DNA of 62,639 nt, filler included, from Choristocarpus tenellus KU-1152 (Eukaryota; Protista; Phaeophyceae), in assembly GCA_964200185.2 (NCBI GenBank). It is 12 parts of 12 records of this genome, joined end to end, with 100 filler letters (N's around TTAATTAATTAA, not from the genome) between each part and the next. Parts side by side here need not be neighbours in the genome. Positions count along the whole stretch, not along the records: positions 49,805 to 52,805 come from CAXNAD020023022.1; positions 52,906 to 56,111 come from CAXNAD020021556.1; positions 56,212 to 59,471 come from CAXNAD020021200.1; positions 59,572 to 62,639 come from CAXNAD020022543.1; 8 more parts are not named here. One strand, 5' to 3'. The notes below the pieces were generated by a model. It made no database searches and had not been told where the DNA came from. It saw nothing but the letters and a program-made list of their open reading frames with translations. Shown here piece after piece: positions 49,815 through 61,868 of the stretch (position 1 is the first letter of the stretch; each line of letters opens with the position of its first letter). The position numbers were made by a program, and so were the translations under genes.

Positions 49815-52656
49815 GTGGGCCGTGTCTGGATTATAGAGATCCCAGAGGGCATGGAAGACATCTAACTGTAGTGGGGTGAAGCTATCCATAGCCTCTTTCT
49901 CGGTTACCCGGTCTGACAAATCTCTCCATTCTGATACTTCCCTCGGTACTCCCAGTGCCATACGTTGGGTGGCGACAATACTGCTTTCCTATCAGGGAGA
50001 GTGTACATGGGGGTTGCTACCACGGATTGTTCTGATAGACCCAGGTCCGACTCCCACACTAGTTGAGCATATTCCTCTTGGAAGCTATGTCTCACATGGA
50101 TGGGCCTTACGTGGAAGGGTTTCACATAAGAAGCATGAACATTACGAGTGCGTGTTTGTCTACCTAGCAATTCGACTGTCATGCTACTACTCTGATGTGA
50201 AATTTCCTTCACAGTCCACGGTCCGGTCCATCTTTCATGAACTAGCTTCCTGCCTACTCTTGTCTCACCTAGTTTTTTCCCATGGATAGAGCTCTCCACT
50301 TCTTTTCCTAGAACTAGATCACCTGGTTTAGATCCGAGTCCTGGAGAGACCTAGCAATCAAAGCATTGGCTCTATCTCTGTATTTCTGTCTTGTGGACAT
50401 CCGTCTCTCCAGGACTTCTCGTACCTCCCTGAAGTTCTGTCTGCATTGCTCAATAAAGGAATCCAATCCTCCAACCTCTATGTCCCCATCTACCTTGGGT
50501 ATGACGGCGGCTATCTGTGTGCGGGGATCCCGACCAAACAAGACTCGGAAAGGGGTGGGGTTGAGGGGGTCAGATGGGTCTGGAGTAGTGCGTTGTGCCC
50601 AACATGCCGGAGATACATACTCATCCCATCTATCTGGCCACTTCACACATAGTTCCGACAGGACTTCTAAAAGCAGACCTCCCATCGTTTCCACTCCCCC
50701 TTGTCCTCTCGAATTTGCCAGTTGGTCCATAATTGATAGGGACCTTCAGCCAACGACAAAGGTGATTCATTATGTCTCCGGTGAACTCCCCTCCTGTATC
50801 ACTACGAATTGACGGTGGGATACCAAATGTAAGACATAATTCCAACACGTTGGTTGCTACTCCAGTTGCTTCCTTTGACACCATTGGGAATGCAAAAGGG
50901 AATCTCGAAGCCCTATCAATCACAATTAATATATATTTGTTGTTGCCTTTTGCTGAGATGTGTCCCACATCTTGTAGATCTATCTCTAGTACATCCCATG
51001 GTTCCAGGAACTTGGCTGGCAGCATTGCCACTTGTGCGCTCCTAGTCCTCTTTCTTCTGCGGCAGCCACAGGATAAAACATAATCCTGGTTGTCTTTGTG
51101 GAGTGAGGGCCAAAAGAAGTATCGACGGGTTAGGGCTACTGTGCGTCCAACTCCCTGGTGGCTAATCTGAAGGTGTACTAGTGCTATAATGTCTGACACT
51201 ACTAGCGAACGAGGAACTGCTAGCCTAGGTGCATACTCCCCAGGTGTGTACCAGAGTAGCTCCTTATCATCCAGGGAATATGACTTTACGTATATACTCC
51301 CTTTTTCCCACTCGAGTGACGACTTCCAGTTTTCTTGGCCTTCGAGTATACCCTGTAAGCTGCCCAAGAAGGAGTCTTTCTTCTGCCTCTCCACTAGCTC
51401 TGGCACGTCTGAGAGAGTAGCCCTTGCTCTCTTGAGAGTGGGGTAGTGTTGAACCATCTCACTTATTCGGACTATCCTGTCACTACCCTTCTTGTTCTCT
51501 GGCCTTGATGTGCTCTTGCGCCTTCTTTTACATGGTGGTTTCGCTTCTCCTAATTTTCCTTTTGTTTCTACCCTGTCTTCGAGGGTGGGGTCTAAAGGTT
51601 GCCAACCAAAAAGTGTTAGTGACTTTAAGCGGGGGGAGGGGTTGCTGTAGGGTGTGTGTCAGGTCTACTCTGGGCATCTTATATGGAGCCATCCACCCAG
51701 AGGGGGGGGGGTATGGAAACAGACAGACTATGATCCTGGGGACTACTGAGTGGTGGCCAACCTTTTAACACCTGAGTCTCGACTATCAGGTTCCGTGTCG
51801 CAATCTTGCAGAGCTGACAGTATTCCAGGGAGTGTGGCATCAACCGTTTCTTGAAGTAACATTTGTGCTACACCTAGACTCGGTTCATCATGTGAGGGAG
51901 GAGCACACTCTAGTTCTGAATCTACCAACGCACAGAGAGAGCAAGGGGACAATGCCGGGTGGCCTGGGCTTAGGTCCAGATCTGATGTACCTAAATCCTG
52001 TAGACATACACCATCTAAGACAGGTCCTCGCGGTCCAGCGTAGCTCTTGCTACAAGCTACTGACGGATCATCAGGAAAAGAATCGTCGATATCCAAACTT
52101 GATGCTGTTGATGAGGAAAATCATGACAATCCATCCGGTAGTTGGTGCTTCGAACCTGCTCGCCACCTCAGTTCCATGTCGTGGTCCATAAGGCGGAGGG
52201 TGCACCTGTGGAGATTGGGGTGAAGTTCACGACTCTTGAAAAGCCAAGTCAGTGCTGATCAATCAGTGACTAGGGTGAATTTCCAACCCCAAATGTAGGA
52301 GCGGAAGTGTTGTACAGCCCACAAGATAGCCATGCATTCCCTTTCAGTGGGTGCTCTCCAACTGTCTGTTCTAGACCATCTATGGCTAGCATATGCAATG
52401 ACACGTTCTTGGTCATCATCCTGTACATGGGTCAGCGTTGCTCCAGCCCCTTCTTCACTCGCATCTGTATGGGGGAGGAACAGCATATCCCAGTCAGGGA
52501 AGACTAGGATTGGTGGAGAGACCAGAAGCACCTTAAGTTCTTCAAAGGCCTTCTGCTCCTCTGATCCCCAAGGGATACTCTTCTTCCTGTCGTCTATTTT
52601 GGAAGCATGCCCTTTATTCCGGATGATGTCAGTCAGTGGTGCAGCTACTTGGCCAT
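49815..52656 (-). mobile_element. Ty3/Gypsy pol, copy 2 (RT connection, RNase H, linker, integrase)
   Basis: QVAAPLTD..PWGSEEQKAFEELK..HTDASEEGAGATL..IAYAS..ERECMAILWAV..FTLVTD. The integrase is colinear and highly similar to copy 1, with more frameshifts. Confidence 0.95.
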
Positions 52657-52726
52657 AGTATCTTAGAGGGTGCGAATTTTGCCCTGTTTGTCCATTTGGG
52701 GTTCGGCTTCCCATGGTTTTTTAATG
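52657..52726 (+). mobile_element. MITE family 1 fragment
   Basis: agtatcttagagggtgcgaattttgccctgtttgtccatttggggttcggcttcccatgg. The terminal ~7 bp are missing. Confidence 0.85.
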
Positions 52727-52805
52727 AAAGCTTAGAACTCACCTCCACAGGATGTACAACTCAAATCCAACGACCTTAAAACGATGCTACGAGGGGGTCC
52801 ACAGA

Positions 52806-52905
52806 NNNNNNNNNNNNNNNNNNNNNNNNNNNNNNNNNNNNNNNNNNNNTTAATTAATTAANNNNNNNNNNNNNNNNNNNNNNNNNNNNNNNNNNNNNNN
52901 NNNNN
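52806..52905. other. Artificial contig spacer
   Basis: N44-TTAATTAATTAA-N44. Confidence 0.99.
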
Positions 52906-52959
52906 TTTTTTGTGCTGCAGTGGGGGGGTTTATGAAAATTCCCTTTTCTCTTTTTTTTT

Positions 52960-53015
52960 CCCCAGGGGGGCCCGGGGTGGCCCCCCCCCCCCCCCCCCCC
53001 CAGATACTTTGAGTC
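52960..53015 (-). mobile_element. MITE family 2-type end with long C-tract
   Basis: C21-AGATACTTTGAGTC. The adjacent sequence looks low quality. Confidence 0.65.
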
Positions 53016-56000
53016 TGAGGAACATCCTTTGAAGTGTATTTCATCGGGAGGACCTCTTACTACCGTACCGGAAAAAAATAAGAGAAATATATTTCATCCT
53101 CCCCATGTCACCACTAACATAAAATCCACAATTAAATTCCAAAACAAAAGCTGAGACCTGCCTACCAAGGAAGAGACCTCAAGGAGAAGAATCGGAGACA
53201 GCACACCACATGTATACGTCCAATTCTTGGACCACTTTTAGGTCCAAACACGCAGGGGAACGCCCCCTTTGAACCACTGCTCCTTAAGATTTTTTAGTTA
53301 ACGTACGGATGTGTGCACTAGTTAACGTGAGAGTATTTTAGACTACAGCCGTTAGATACTGAGTGCACAGATGCGTACTCTTACTAAAATCCTGTCCTGA
53401 ATGGGGAGTGTTAATAATTTGTGCGGGATTATTGAAGCCACGCAGGATCCTGGAGGAGGCTTGCAGTAGGACTATTGAACATATTAGACCCATCTGGGAC
53501 CGACCAGGCCTGCTCGCGGCATGGATACATATCACAGAGAGGGGTGGTTAGAATTAAGTGTGTGTGATGCGATTGGTGGTGTGTCCTCGGCACGTGAGGG
53601 AGATGGAGAGTTAGTGGCAGTTACATCGGATTGTGTGGTGTGTACCCTTTGTTCCATAACATGTGAGGCCAAGCTTCTCACAACCAACAGCAGGTATTGA
53701 GACCTGGTGCTGCTTGTTCTCTACTTTCTGCATCTCTCTACTGCTCATGGAAGTTGCAGCAACTTGGGCATACTGCATATATATGTAACACACAATATAT
53801 ATTCTTACACAGTGTGGTAGAACACTTGTGGAATGTCGTGAGGTGGCGAGCCGCTGTACGTACAAGTACTACACTATAGTTCTACACCTGGATAGAGCCG
53901 GTGCAAGATGAACCCAACAGATTGCATGAGAAACGCATCCTGTTGGCACAAGCGTGCAACTGATATTGAGAGTTGATATCTGAGATGCGAAGACCCAAGG
54001 TTGTGAGGAGATGTGTGATATGGAGGAGAGTTCCTACAACTGGTTGGAGGTGACGTAATCTGCGGATTCCTGCTCTTTTTTCTCATTTTAAATGAGAGAC
54101 GCACTGATATGCAAGGGTAACCAACACCTGATACTAGTGAAGTACAGACGTACGGACGTACGTACGGGAATCAGTTGGTTTTACAGTTAAGTCACAGTAC
54201 ATACGTAAGGGGTGTATGAAGGTTTATTGGGGGTGTATTGCGAAATATACGTTTCCTTTTTCAGCTAATATTTCCCAAGAAATGAAACATTACATTTACT
54301 CAAGTCTATATTACTACGCGCAGCCATGCGCATCCACCCAGATGGATAACAATAATCCTATACAAGGTTGACCGTACGCTCTGTGAAGGAAGATCGCAAC
54401 ACACATTCTCGAAAGTGGGAAAGTACAACTCCCAAACCACGAGAGGAGATGTGGGGATGGTAGGCCTTGAGGAAATCGTGACTCAAGTAATCTGGCGAAG
54501 CAAAGACCTTCATGTTTGTCAAGACAGGATCCTTCAAAGATAATTCCAGAGAGAAGCAAAGCATCCGGTTACTAAAATCACACAGCCACAGCCTAGAACA
54601 CCTATTGAATCATTACGTAATTGATTTTGTATAATCTCGAACCATATTGGTATAAAAAATAATATCCCTCGCTTTTCATCCAGTCTGGTCATGGGACCCT
54701 TCATATACACCCAGCTTAGTTCGCTTACAACAAAGTCCCTTGGGCCCAGCACAGATACCATTTGCGTGGCAGCAAATAGACCCCCGCACTAACTTCCTCT
54801 CAAAAAACGACCACACTCTATCCCCACCAATCAACCGTTCAGGAGGTTGACGTTGTAATTCCAAGTATGAAGGCAAAGACACCTCTTTCTCCTGGCTTTG
54901 TACACACAGGAGGAAAACAAACTCCAACCAACTCAGCCAAGGGAAGGGAGATTTGAACAGCTATCGAGGGTGCTATTCTTCTCCATGCAAACAAACCAAC
55001 GACGCCTACCTACTGTACCAACAATCATCCTACTGCAATGGTTTTGATTGTTCAATCACAATCTTGCACCAACATCCCTATCGAAGCATCTATGTATGCA
55101 GGTATACCCACTCCCAGCCAACCAAGTAGGTTCCCCTCCAGCCCATGTGCCCACACACACACATGTATCAAAAAACACCAAAATTGCTACTCTCACTCAG
55201 TTGGCACAAGGAACCAATCAAATGCATCTTCTCAGCACCTTTTTGAGCCAGATATAAATAAAAGGGGGGGGAGAAACATTTAAGAAAATGAAACAACAAA
55301 CCTTATTATAATTAAATGCCAATTTCTCTGGAGTCTACCTCCCTTTTCCGTCACACACAGCGCAGCAGGCGCCAAAAGAAGAGACCACTCACTGGTACTA
55401 ACTAATACCCTTAATACTTGCATTTGAACAAATGAAGGTGACAACCTCGACACTCTTCACCATCAACAATAACTCATCTATAACAGCACCAGCAACAATA
55501 ACAACAGATGACTCTGACACCTCCCTCAACAACACCCCCCCCCCCTCCCCCCTTTGTCTCCCATCATGGATCCTCAGCACAACAACACCAATGGTGTCCC
55601 CACAGCAACCAAGGGTGGAGCTCTTTCAAGCGGGTCAGCCAGAAGATGCAGAAGAGTTCTTACAATCTTGCAGATTACGCTGTAATCCCCCTTTCACCTC
55701 CAGAGGGAGCTGCCCCGATCCCACCGAAATTGCCCCTACAATTTGAACACAAGTTGGGGAGTCCCCCCCTGCCCCTCCTCCTCCTCCTGTAATGTCAATA
55801 GGACATTGAAGTGAGCCAGAGTCAGTGGCAGCAATGTTGACTCTGGAAGCAGAAACAGCAGCTGCAGCTGCTTCTGGCGACTGCAAGGGGTTAGGGATTT
55901 GGACCTGAGGAGAAGGCATCATTTGTGTTCCAACCCCAGCGAGTGGTTGCTGGTCAGGGGGATGCAGCGGGTCACAAGGTTTTGCAAACACGTACAATTG

Positions 56001-56025
56001 TAACACAGAAGGGGGGTTAGGAGAA

Positions 56026-56056
<31 letters not shown>

Positions 56057-56111
56057 TGCTTAATTTTTTTTTTAAAAGGATGAGGAGGAACCAACTGGGG
56101 GACGGGAAAAA

Positions 56112-56211
56112 NNNNNNNNNNNNNNNNNNNNNNNNNNNNNNNNNNNNNNNNNNNNTTAATTAATTAANNNNNNNNNNNNNNNNNNNNNNNNNNNNNNNNN
56201 NNNNNNNNNNN
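56112..56211. other. Artificial contig spacer
   Basis: N44-TTAATTAATTAA-N44. Confidence 0.99.
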
Positions 56212-56228
56212 ATTTTTTTTTTTTTGTA

Positions 56229-56269
<41 letters not shown>

Positions 56270-57342
56270 GGGGGGGGGGGGGGGGGAGAGATCCAAAGAG
56301 AAGAATTTGAAACAGTACATTGTTCCATATATCGTATTGAGCCGACTGGGTGAATTCCCCATATAACCAACCCTGCACCCTTGATCTTGACCTTACAATT
56401 AGTATTTCTTCTACGTTCCTAATTTCCGTCCTGCATGCTCTACCTACACATCAAACCCTGTGAATGTTCCCCAAGTCCCTGCTTACACAAGGGATTTGAT
56501 CCAGCTGATCCTCCTTTCCCTTATCCTTTAGTCGCTCTTCCATTGGTGATATTCCTCTGCTCAAAACAACTCATTGTGTGCTCTCCACACATCAGCTGCT
56601 ATGACAAATTTATCCTCTGTAACACCAGCATCTACATTTGCCTTTCCTTAGCTGGAAGACCAACCTTCTGGTTGGACTGCACCTACACTGGTGCCTGCCT
56701 TTCCCGTTGGCCCTTTATTCATAGCTTACACGGATTTTTTCGCATGTATCCTATCGTGGTACTACTGTTCATTTTCAGGGCAAGCCTCACGTGCCATTTC
56801 GGGACAGCAAGTTGACACGCCTCCTTCAACAGAGCCTTGGAGGAAACGCAAGTACAGCAATAGTTGTGACCATTCCACCTGGAAGGTACTTGTTGGATTG
56901 TGTGTGCATTGTCGTGCTGTATGTATGAATCGATTTTTTTGTGCTCAACATGAACAGGCAGGGTACTGGTATTGGTGTCTCTTGAGTACGATTTCCTTGG
57001 TCGTTGCGCTGAGTGAGATACTGATCTTCTTGAAGTCCTCATCATCAACTTGGTTTTCAACTAAATCCAAGGAAATGCGAAAATGCATGACTATGATGAA
57101 ATGAAGTGGGCAGCATCATTTGTAAGTCTGAAGAGAATTGGAAATGTTTGTAGCTGGGGAAGTGATATTGTGTCAGAAATCTAGCCAATCTATTCGCCTG
57201 GGTTAAGGGTTGGTGGTCTATTCATTGGTACATAGTACCGGGAGTTGAGTTACGCTACCCAGATATGATTAACCAAGCTTTGTATAGACCGTTGGACCTA
57301 GAGCTCCAATTGAGCACATGCATCATATCATTTTCCGCAACA

Positions 57343-58095
57343 GGGATGACCAGGGTGAGAGCCTGTCAGCCCTACTGTTTGGGCAACGAGCACTATCAGT
57401 TCATGTGCTAGCTAGGATAAACCAGAAAACAGATTTTGAGCAATTGTGTCAGGATCTCCAGAGACGACTGGACGCAAAAGGTGATGAAGCCACAAAGCTG
57501 GAGGTTGACAAGGTCGCCCTAGAACAGGTTTGTACTCTTAGGTCACAGAAAGTCTTGGCAACTAGAAACTATGAAGTGAATCGCAAAAAACATACCAACC
57601 AAGATGCCTTGACATTTTCGGTCAAACAGAGCTTCCCTTGCGAGAGAGAGGTTGAACCAGATGTCTGACTTTGAAGATAATGCTCAGGCTACAAAGGCTT
57701 ACTTCCTTTCTTTTCCCGGCTGGGTAGAGGTCAAAGTTGTATTATTTCGGACGATCGAGGGTTGGGGTTTGGCCTATTTTCACGGCAAGACAGTCGATAC
57801 AATATATTGAGAGAGTAAATAACTGGAAAAAAAACATTAATTCTTCCATGAAATCAGCCAAGCTTGTCAGGAGGAGATGTCAACTTCATTATTTTCATCC
57901 TAAAGATGGGACCTATTCAGCATGGTTGCTTCTCCAAGAGTATGTTCATAACCCATTCAAGCTACCCTTGGAACCCAGGAGTTGGAAGAAGTTCGAGGTC
58001 ACCTATGCAAGGCTACAGAGGGCAAAGCATCAGTGGAAGCAAGGTTACATGGTATAGAAGAGGCGTTTGCTACCAGCTTGCGGGCTCTTGAGGTA
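57343..58095 (+). pseudogene. Exon-like coding fragments, family unknown
   Basis: CAG|..DFEQLCQDLQRRLDAKGDEATKLEVDKVALEQ|GT (coiled-coil-like), and HYFHPKDGTYSAWLLLQEYVHNPFKLPLEPRSWKKF followed by a stop and GTAAGC. Confidence 0.3.
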
Positions 58096-59471
58096 AGCAG
58101 TGATGAAACCAGGGCCTGAAGAAGTACAGGTGATGCCTATTGCATAGACTTTGAAGGAATGAAAAAAAAAACAGAGCCGAACCAACTGAGAGGTAGCATT
58201 TGAAGGATCCTGAGAAACAAGCAAAATTATGTCATTTTGTATAATTGCAGGAAGAGTCTTTTCTTAATTGTTGTGTCACTTTGACTGTGGAAAGAGGGAA
58301 TATCGATTTTGAGTACACTATTATGTACATGAAGCAATAAAATAGAGCGTGTCGAGCAGGGCAAAAAAAATGTATTTGAATGTGAAAGGGTCCAAGTGCG
58401 CCAACTTTTCAATCGGTTTGGCTCTCAATATTCCGATTGTCACAGGAAGCCTCTGATGACCCAAGCGGTGAGAGAGCTGTAGCTGCAATTGAGACTGTGA
58501 ACTCCAAATGGAGGGCTGAACTGGAGTGTGTACAAGAAAAACACGATCAGTGAGTATTCCCTGCAGCAGATGATTGACTGATCCAAAGTAGAAGATCTCG
58601 ACAGCTGTTGCAATAGGTGCAAACACAATAGTTATCACTATAATATCTTCTTGTTCAAGTAGGGGAACAAACCAAAGCAAACTCTTTGTGCCCCACATTT
58701 TTGATGTGTTGCTGCCTGGAAAGTCAAAACACTCTGGATCAACTTGCCTTTTTGGATCGATCCTTGATTTTATCTTCTTGCACCCAGTCAAATCGAAGAT
58801 GTAAGACGAGTTTTTGGGGAAAGAATTCAGGCCTACAAAAGTGCAGCTGCCAGTGCAAGTGAAGAGTGGAGTTCAAGTGAATATGAGCTGACAAAGGAGA
58901 GGGAAGGGCATGTTGCAACACTTCGGTGGGTAGTCCTTACATCTTCCCCCTCGATCTAATTTGTGTGTTACACCACATAGAACGTATTGAGATCCATTGT
59001 GTCACATCACAAATTCTTAATGAGAGAATATTTTGACAAGTCTTTTTTTATTGTTGACTTATTTCAGAGAACAGATGTAGGTGTGATTGTTTCACGCGAT
59101 GTCAGGCTTACCACACTTTTGGTTTGCCAAGTAAGTTGCTGTCCTGTCGGGTAACAAAGATGGCAATTCCAACCCCCCCTATGTATCAAATGATTGCTGA
59201 CATTCAGACCCTGTCGTGCACTGCTCCATGCCATGTCTCAGAGAGCTCCGTTCCTGCCACAACCAAGCACGGACTCAAGAAAAGGACAGTAACAATCGAA
59301 TCAGGTAGAAAAAAATATATACCTTGGTGGTGGACACCCCAAACATATAGCTTGCTGTCTGCCCAAAGCGACTACATATTTTTATATGATGATATTTTTA
59401 TCCATTAAAGGAAGCCAGGTGTCACAGGGCGCCATGATCTAGAACTTTTTGGACCGTCCCCCCCCCCCCCA

Positions 59472-59571
59472 NNNNNNNNNNNNNNNNNNNNNNNNNNNNN
59501 NNNNNNNNNNNNNNNTTAATTAATTAANNNNNNNNNNNNNNNNNNNNNNNNNNNNNNNNNNNNNNNNNNNN
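59472..59571. other. Artificial contig spacer
   Basis: N44-TTAATTAATTAA-N44. Confidence 0.99.
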
Positions 59572-59643
59572 TTTTTTTTTCTGTGTTTCTCTTCGCTTTC
59601 CCTCTCCTTTCCGCTGCCGCGCTGCCCGGCGCGGTGGTGGGGC

Positions 59644-59674
<31 letters not shown>

Positions 59675-59754
59675 CTCTGTCCGTCCTCCGAAACTTTTTT
59701 TTTTGTACGGATTTTTGAACAGTTGGTCGGTACTAATAGTTTGTTTACCACATT

Positions 59755-59778
59755 GGGTTAGGGTTAGGGTTAGGGTTA
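59755..59778 (+). repeat. Short interstitial telomeric repeat (TTAGGG)3+
   Basis: gggttagggttagggttagggtta. Confidence 0.85.
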
Positions 59779-61850
59779 TAGGCGATAGTATACACATGTT
59801 AGCAGGAGAGGGATTCGTCAGTCGTGCAGTCTGTTAAAGGGTGTGTATTAATGGTGTTCTGTGAGGATTATGTTGGTCACGGATGGTGGTGTGTGTCAGT
59901 CAACTGAAGGGAAGTGGTCACAAATGGAGGTTGTTTTGGCGAGTTTCTCAGTATCATTGACCAAAGGATTGTGACTTTCTTTCCCACAATGATTTGACAC
60001 GATGAGTGAGACGTAATCTGGAATGTGACTGTGAGAAGTAATCTGTCAAGCTTCACAGGGGGGTGCCATCCTTACACCTCCACTGTGACAGGGTTGCCTT
60101 ATGAGTTGTGGCATTGTGTTTTTTTGTCTAACTGGCAGATATTGTTTGACCCTACAGAATGCCCTGCCGACCCAGCATGTGATGGTGCATCCTTTCTCAG
60201 ACTGCAATGCACCTTTCTCATTTGTTGATCCAAGTATGGTCCTCTCGGGGTGGAGGAGGTGGTGTCTGTAAGGTGTTCATTTCTTCATTGTGACAGACAG
60301 CTCTGGGGGTAGAGGGGCAAGATCCACTTTGGTTTATTTTTTCTCACCTCTCTAGCACTCCACCAGAATGTTATTGAGAAGTGAAGGATGTGCTATGCTC
60401 GTGTGTACCAGTTCCTCTGAGGCGTGCGGGGCTAGTTGTACCAGTAGCTCAAAGCATCTGTAACCTTGCAATTGATAGCTCAGCTTGGTTGAAGTGCTGG
60501 TAGTGTGCCAACGGAGATTTCATCTCAAGCGGTCTGTATTATGGTGGGGTTAGAGACTAAGTAGCAGTTCTATGTTTGAGGTGGTGCATTTGAAGAAAAA
60601 ATACTTGATTTATTGGTTGAGGTGGTTGATTTCATTGATGTTTCTCGTGGGCTGTGAAGGTGTATTCATACACTTCTTCGTGTGTACTATTTGGAGTAGA
60701 GATTGTGTACTATTTGGAGTGGAGATGTGTACAAATTGAAGTAGAGAAACAGAACTATGTTTATGTGTCCTGTCTTGGAAAGAAACGGGCCTTGATGCGG
60801 ATCCAGCATGTTCATGGTATCGCGCCCTTAGAAGGTGACAGACATGCTGGGCTTGGAAGGTGACATTTTTTGTTGTTGTGAGATGCTATCATCCTGATCA
60901 CAACTCTAGGGTGCTCTGTGCCTGATCTACCCTGCTGCACTCTGCTTCCCTCTTTTGTGCAGGCACAGGCTGAGTGCTTGACCCAAGAGCCCATCGTGGC
61001 AGGGAATAGCTCTTGTAAAAAGATAGGATCCAATATAGAATCAGTGAGATCAGGATCTCTCATCCACCCCCGAAAAAACTGTTGGAAGCCATCTACCTCT
61101 GTCTTGTATTGTACCTCCTAACAAACAGCGTGTTTCCCCCAGAATTCTCCTCAGAATTTTCCAGGTTGAAAACGACGGTACTGGATGTGTCCTGGCTTTT
61201 GCGCAATTTAAGTTTGATTCTTTTCTTTCTTTTTTCTTTTTTTTGTTGGTTGTGCCGTGTCGCTTTTCAAGTTGGTAGGTAGTTGGTAGGTAGCATCTTT
61301 CCTTCATGTGGACAGAAGATCATTCACGTAGTGAACTGTATGTAGTGCAGCGGCCCGGAAGGACCGAGTTCGTTTTGTTGCTGTTCAAATTGGAACAGTT
61401 TTTTGATCGAAAGACAGATGTATATACATATATATATGTCGCTAACCCAAGGCTGGCAATATCACATACGCTAAGTACATGAGTGACTGACGTGCAGGAT
61501 TATCCCGAAATCTGCTCTCATTGCTTGCTGCTGTTTGATTTTGTTATTTTGTCCTCTGCATGCCGATGATCACACTTGTTCCTCCCTCTTGCACTGTCTC
61601 TTATCTCTATTCCGTCTGTTTCCCTTTGAAAAAAAAAAGAAAAAGATGCTGAAGCGGTGGAGATTCGTCGGAAGGTGGAGGTCATATCGGCCCAGTTGTA
61701 CTCCGTGGCACTTCAGCAGTGGCGCATGGTCTTCTACATACCTAACGCACTTAATTGGGCCTACCACAACCCCCCACTGCCCCCCTTCATTGTTTGTGTG
61801 CTCGGACTCGCTGAGGCCGTAGTGGGTTTACGACAGGCTATGGTCTGAGG

Positions 61851-61868
61851 AGGGTTAGGGTTAGGGTT
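61851..61868 (+). repeat. Short interstitial telomeric repeat (about 3 units)
   Basis: agggttagggttagggtt. Confidence 0.65.

Noticed and set aside
47119-52656. Tandem duplication of a Gypsy element
   Set aside because: The copies are on separate contigs, so their physical adjacency is unsupported.
6885-53015. CRISPR-like interpretation of the repeated AAAGTATCTTAGAGGG motif
   Set aside because: The copies are dispersed inverted pairs around a conserved body with TSDs, not direct repeats with unique spacers.
53297-54160. Weak inverted similarity (ACTAGTG / CGTACG) as TIRs
   Set aside because: Too short and built on palindromic hexamers, with no TSD.
11891-59571. Recurring palindrome TTAATTAATTAA as a biological motif
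   Set aside because: It is always centred in exactly 44+44 Ns, so it is a contig-joining spacer. ORFs ending in XXX-LIN are artefacts.
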